Shown here one piece after another: positions 58,884-64,000 of a DNA stretch of 64,000 nucleotides. Numbering within the stretch: position 1 is the first letter of the stretch; each line of letters opens with the position of its first letter. A model generated the notes under the pieces. It was not told the origin of the DNA. It saw nothing but the letters and a program-made list of their open reading frames with translations, and did no database searches. Position numbers and translations under genes: made by a program. This stretch comes from Camelus dromedarius (Eukaryota): NCBI RefSeq assembly GCF_036321535.1, contig NC_087437.1:115818001-115882000 (forward strand). The letters are read 5' to 3'.

Positions 58884-59379
58884 CAACAAAGATTCTCTCC
58901 TTGACCAAACTCCACTTGGGGTCCCCTGTGCTCTTTTTCATCTAGGTCTTGACTTTTGTACTTCTGTGTTTATCCCTGCATTGTCCAATCTTAGCAAGGA
59001 TTCTGTTAACTCAGTTTAACCAGAACCAGAAGTGCTCCCGATCCACTGATATCTAATTACCCTCCTTATCTGATCAGGTTCCTCCATGGCCCCCCAGGGG
59101 ATGTCTGATCATCCCTGTCAGCCTTCAGCAAGAATCCTGTTAGGTCACTTTAGCCAGAACTCCCCCTCACTCCTGATGTTTCCTCTTAGCAATTCCCCAT
59201 TCTCCTTGGCTGCAATTCCCACTTGCCCACGCTGCGCTCGGAGTCGAGCCCAACTTCTCTTTCCCCTGCAAGACCCCACCGCGGTAGCCTCTGTGTATGC
59301 CTATGGCGACAGCCCTCCTTGAAGCAAGTCCACCTTACTGTTCTTTAACAAGTGCCATTGGATAATTTTCTCTTTAACA
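58884..59379 (+). mobile_element. ERV1-class solo LTR (MER31-like)
   Basis: acaaagattctctccttgaccaaact...ttcagcaagaatcctgttaggtcactttagccagaactcccc...ggagtcgagcccaa...ttttctctttaaca. Confidence 0.8.
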
Positions 59380-60457
59380 GCAGCAAGGTTTGTGTATTTT
59401 CAGGGGAAGGGCTGGGTGGTGGGGGCAGGTGAGGAAAGGTGTTCCAAGGATGACCATTCCTCCTCTTGGTCCCTTGAGAAGGTGAGCCCCCTCCAAGCAG
59501 TAATTATGGCCAACAGGCCAGAGCACGCTCTTCTTCTTGGGGTGGAAGAAGTAACAGCTCAGCCAACTGCAGTTTGGATCACAAAACTTTATATATAAAG
59601 ACATGAAATATTTCCATCTTGTAGAAAAGAACATACACCTAGAAAATATCTACTGAAATATTGGTCCCAAGTTCTCCCCAAATAACTTGCTTATTTCTGG
59701 AACTTCTGCTCAATGTCTTACACGAGATGGAGAAGGATTACTGATTACCCATCACTTATATTTCAAAAAATGTGGTTTGGTTTGAGTATTTCCCTCAAAA
59801 GTCCTAATTTCAAGGGAGCACTATCACAATAGATTCTTCTCCCTAGCTCTATTTTAAAGTTACCCTTTTATGGTTTTTTTTTCCTTTAAAAATTCCTGTG
59901 GAAATGTGGCTTTTGCTAAGAGAGGCACCCAAACCCCTTTAGCTTTTAAATCTTGGAGTTTTCACCCCTAAGAGGGCACCAAGAGCTGCTGACAAATTTA
60001 TCCTAGACGTTGTTAAGAAGAGGCTCATTCCTTTGCTATAAGTCTCAGCTAGTCTTAAAATAAATTGGAATTGGAGCATTCTCCAAGAGCAAAAGGAAGA
60101 TTTGCCCGGAACAAACTGCCCAGCTTTGCTGGAGTAGAGACTTCTTCGTAGGTACCTGGGCAGGGCGTGTGCTGACTGCTGGCCAAGGTACCACTGATCT
60201 CACATGGGATGGTGGGTGGGAAGGATGGAGGGTGGGAAGCCCTCATCAGGCTGGGGAAGGGCCACGAGGGAATCCGCTTAAATAAAATGGGGACCAACAC
60301 TTCAGGCTGAATAGTGGGGGGAAAAAAAAAAGAAAAGAAAAGTATGGTTGTTGAGACTTGATCTTGAAAACTGAAACAAAAACTCTGAAAATAAGTTTAC
60401 ATTATCTTCCACTGAACATGCTTTTTTAAAAATACCTTCTTTTTCACACTCCTTAGC

Positions 60458-60579
60458 TTTGTTTTGGGAGGGCAGGGGAGGTAATTAGGTTTATTTATTT
60501 ATTTATGGAGGTACTGGGGATTGAACCCAAAGCCTCGTGTATGCTGAACACGTGCTCTACCACTGAGCTATATCTCCTC
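60458..60579 (-). mobile_element. tRNA-Ala-derived camelid SINE (vic-1 type), second copy
   Basis: ggggaggtaattaggtttatttatttatttatggaggtactggggattgaaccc...gctctaccactgagctata, homologous to 10841-10974. Confidence 0.85.
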
Positions 60580-60711
60580 GATTAGAACATGTTTTGGTTA
60601 TAACTTCAACTATGCACAAATTCTTAGGAAAAAAGCAAGAATTAAGTGTTGATTATTTTTCACTGGCGTGATTTTTCTGGCAACACTGTATGTTAGTGCA
60701 ATCAGATCACC

Positions 60712-60766
60712 TTTTATTTTATTTTATTTTATTTTATTTTATTTTATTTTATTTTATTTTATTTTA
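60712..60766. repeat. (TTTTA)11 microsatellite
   Basis: Directly visible. Confidence 0.97.
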
Positions 60767-62250
60767 CTTTTAGATGCCTTCATTTTATATAGTGAGAGTA
60801 TCAGGAAGGTCATAAACAGGGCCAGCACTGCAGAAACATGCAGAAGCTTTGCTTCTCCAAGGGCTCTGGATAACCTCTGATTCTCTCTGAAGGTACCTCC
60901 TCTTTGCCATCTTCTCCATCATCACCTCTCTTTGGTTGTCAAGGGCCCATCTCTGCCAAGCTGTCATATATCAATAATTTCCCCTGTGATGGGAGATTTC
61001 CAACCCACTTGATCGCCATCGATTGACTTTGTGAAATCCTGCCTCTATTGCAGGATTTCACATTTCCCTCTGTCACCCACTTGTGATGAGTACCAGGCAG
61101 CATCCATGATGCAGAGACTCGACGACAAAGGATTTAACGCCTCTATTGGGGGTTGATGAGGGTTGGGGGAGACAGACGTTGGTGATAGCGGGTGGACCAA
61201 TTATTAAAAGTATCCAGCTCTCTGGGGGATGTTCTTGTTTATGACATCTTCTACTTCCTTACTCAGCCCTCCACTTCTCAGATAACCAGGGTCCCTTCTA
61301 CACAGTCTGGCTATTTGAACTTAACTCTTTGGCTTCAGTCTCCCAGATATTCTGGATCAAATTACACCTCTATTTTGCTTGAGTCATCTTACAAATAGTC
61401 CCAGTTTTTTTTCTGGCTTCACTTACTGTCTGTGGTTTGATACCAAGTGAATACTTTTTGAGCATCCACTGTGTACAAAACTTGCAGAGAACAATGAGGA
61501 TTCTACCAAGGCCCTGCCCTGGACACTGTCTTCTCATATTCAAAGCAGCACTTGGGGAAGCTTGGTTGGCGTGCCTGCATTCTGTGTGCACTTAGCACTT
61601 TTCACAGAGCTTATTTGACTCTTACCCTGTGGTTGTTTCTGTGTGAACCTCCCTCGGCCCCACTGCCAAAAGCAGGGGTTCCCGAGTGCAGGGGCTTATC
61701 TCTGCCTTGATTCTTTGACGCTTGTATTTCTCTCCACCATAAGTGGAGACATCTGCCTTTCCCCTAACTCAAGGGGGGTGGTTGGGACAAAGAAGATAAT
61801 GTTCAACAATCATTTTACTTCTAAAAGCCCCTTCACATAAGTTATCTCAAAAGTCTTCCTCCCAGTCAGCTTTTGTGGTCGGTATGAAAGACACTGTCCC
61901 CAAAATGTGTTGATGAGACAGTAGCTACAGCAACTATGCTCAGTGTAGCTGTGGTTGGCCCCAAATTATGCAGCCTGTGACCTGTGAGTGGTATAGCTGG
62001 AGGTGACAGCAAGCTCTCAGCTCTTCCCACAGACAGAGAGGAGGCTTAGGGCTTTGACATCACTGTGTGTCAGGGCCCATAGCTGCCTCCGGCAGAGGAA
62101 ACGCCACAGCAGGGATGGAGTGTCTGAGCATCCTTCCAGTGTTTACTCATCAGGTGGATTTTTCCTCAGTCTCCCCCCTCCAAAGCGAGAAGCAAATGCT
62201 TTCAAAGGGGGAGAGGCCCCCAAATTCCCTGGTGTTTGGGTTGGGGAGTA

Positions 62251-62740
62251 TATTGCAGGCTGATTAACGGACCCCCCAAACTGTCCACATCCTAGTCCTC
62301 AGAACAAGTGGGTGTCATCTTACAGTGAAAAGGGACTTCGCAGGTGAGATAAAGTTAAGGCTCTTGAGATGGGGACATTCTCCTGGATTTACTGGATGGC
62401 CCCTAAATATCATCACAAGGGGAAGGCAGGATGGGCCGAAAAAGTCAAAGGTAATGTGATGACAGAAGCAGAGAGAGAGATCAGAAGATGCTACACCGAT
62501 GGCTTTGAAGATGAAGTATGGGGCCACGAGCCAAGGACTATGGTGGCTCTAGAAATTAGAAAAGGCAAGAAAATAGATTCTTTCTAAAACCTCCGGAAAG
62601 AACTCAGCCAGGCCAACACATTTTAGACTTTTAGCTGCAAGAACTGGAAGGGAATAAATTGATATGAGTTTCCTGTTGCTGGGAGTGGCTTAAGGTGCAC
62701 AGATTTAGGTATTTTGTAGCCATCTGTCTGGAAAAGAACA
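62251..62740 (+). mobile_element. MaLR LTR (MLT1D-like)
   Basis: aaaagggacttcgcaggtgagataaagttaaggctcttgagatggggacattctcctggatt...gaagatgctacaccgatggctttgaagatg...gggccacgagccaagg. Confidence 0.88.
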
Positions 62741-64000
62741 TTTTAATCAGTTCGAGGCTCATACGAGACCATAGAAAGACCTGCACTGAAGGAAATACAC
62801 AAGGAGAAGAGAAAGTGTGTCTACAGTGGTTAATGAATCGGTCAACACAGCGGTAATAATTTGCATGTGCAGATTCTAGAATCTTCCATCCAATGGCCAG
62901 TGGGGTCGTCTGCCTCATGCACTCACTCAGACACTTGGCTCCTGGCTTCTTTGCCCTGGAGTCACAGCAGGGCTTAAGTCTATCAGCCTTGGTGAGCACT
63001 TTGAAAGCCTTTTGAAGGTGGTGAGTTTCAAATAGGTGACTTTCTCAGCTGACTGTTATCATAGCACAGGGAGCCAGTCAAGCTTCAGGCTTTTGACAAT
63101 TATATCAAAATTTATATTCTTCTCTCCAGGGCCAGTTGGAAGAGCAGGCATGAGGTGGAGAGAAAAAAAAAAATCAACCCACCACCCTGCCAGGGACGTC
63201 CTTCCACTCCTATGGCCACAGAACAGCTGAGTAGGCTGTGAAGCTTAATTTCCCATTTTAGTGCTTTCCTTCTGGCGGCAGTTGGTGGCTGAGAATCTAT
63301 GACCTCAAATCCACACTTCCCATAACACAGCATTTGAGTGATCTCCAAATGTACTTAATAGAACGAGACATCGTTTCACCGTAGAAATAAGTCTGAGGGA
63401 CGCCAGGACCGGAGTCGCGGCAGAAGATTCATGGGTTGTCGTCAGTCTGCCTGAATCATAATTGCAGCATTTGTCATAATTCCTGCCACTTTAATTGGCT
63501 TAAGAGTGTTCTTAGGACAGTGTAAGGCAGTATTTCATCATGGGAATGTACTTTTCGAGATGGTTCTGTAGCCATCACCACTGTGGCTGATAATTACTCC
63601 CTCAAACTGGTGGAGAAGCAAACCCCCCCACCCTCTCCATGACAGATAATTGACCAGAAGGCAGAATGACGAGAAAGTGGGATTCTATTTCCAATTAAAA
63701 TGAACAAATGACACCTACTTTCCACTTGAGGAAATAGCAATGTTCTATCCACTTTGTTTCTCTCATGGCACTTGTGCTGGGCTCACCTTTTGGGCTCCTC
63801 TCCATCTGAATCCTGACTTCCCGGTGGCCAGGGGCATGGAGAAAGGGGGTCAGGCCTCAGTGAGTGGGGATCCTTTGCACAGAAAACGCCTGCTAATCAG
63901 ATAATAAGTCTGCTTCTTTCCAAACCTCCCTCTTTGAATTTTTATTTCTGGGTTCAAAATCTGTGTGAACAAAAGTACACCCGATTAAAAAATGGGCAAG

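Noticed and set aside
1..64000. A novel multi-gene system or a named host gene
   Set aside because: No ORF exceeds 178 aa, none outside transposon remnants resembles a protein family I recognise, and no chain of compatible exons could be built.

Overview
This is mammalian, essentially non-coding genomic DNA. It is most likely camelid: two tRNA-Ala-derived SINEs of the vic-1 type are present, and I saw no Alu, Bov-tA/BovB, CHR, PRE-1 or CanSINE. A large share of the window is ancient interspersed repeat: MaLR MLT1 LTRs, ERV1/ERVL LTRs, a ~3.1 kb degenerate ERV-L gag-pro-pol interior, L1 3' ends, L2, MIR, and hAT/Tigger DNA-transposon derivatives, several of them nested. No protein-coding exon could be assigned to a named gene, and the ORF track looks like chance ORFs or repeat-derived frames. 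The best non-repeat signal is a candidate minus-strand promoter and first exon near 5785-6010 (CACCC boxes, TATA, Inr, strong-Kozak ATG-GAG-CCG, GTGAGA donor). A CpG/G4-rich regulatory segment lies at about 20.0-20.9 kb. LTR elements show a strong plus-strand bias (15 of 17), which suggests the window lies inside a large minus-strand transcription unit. There is also a twin-primed L1 with a 51-bp inverted duplication. I did not find convincing evidence of a novel biological system. Repeat subfamily names come from recalled consensus sequences, not a database search, and repeat boundaries are approximate.
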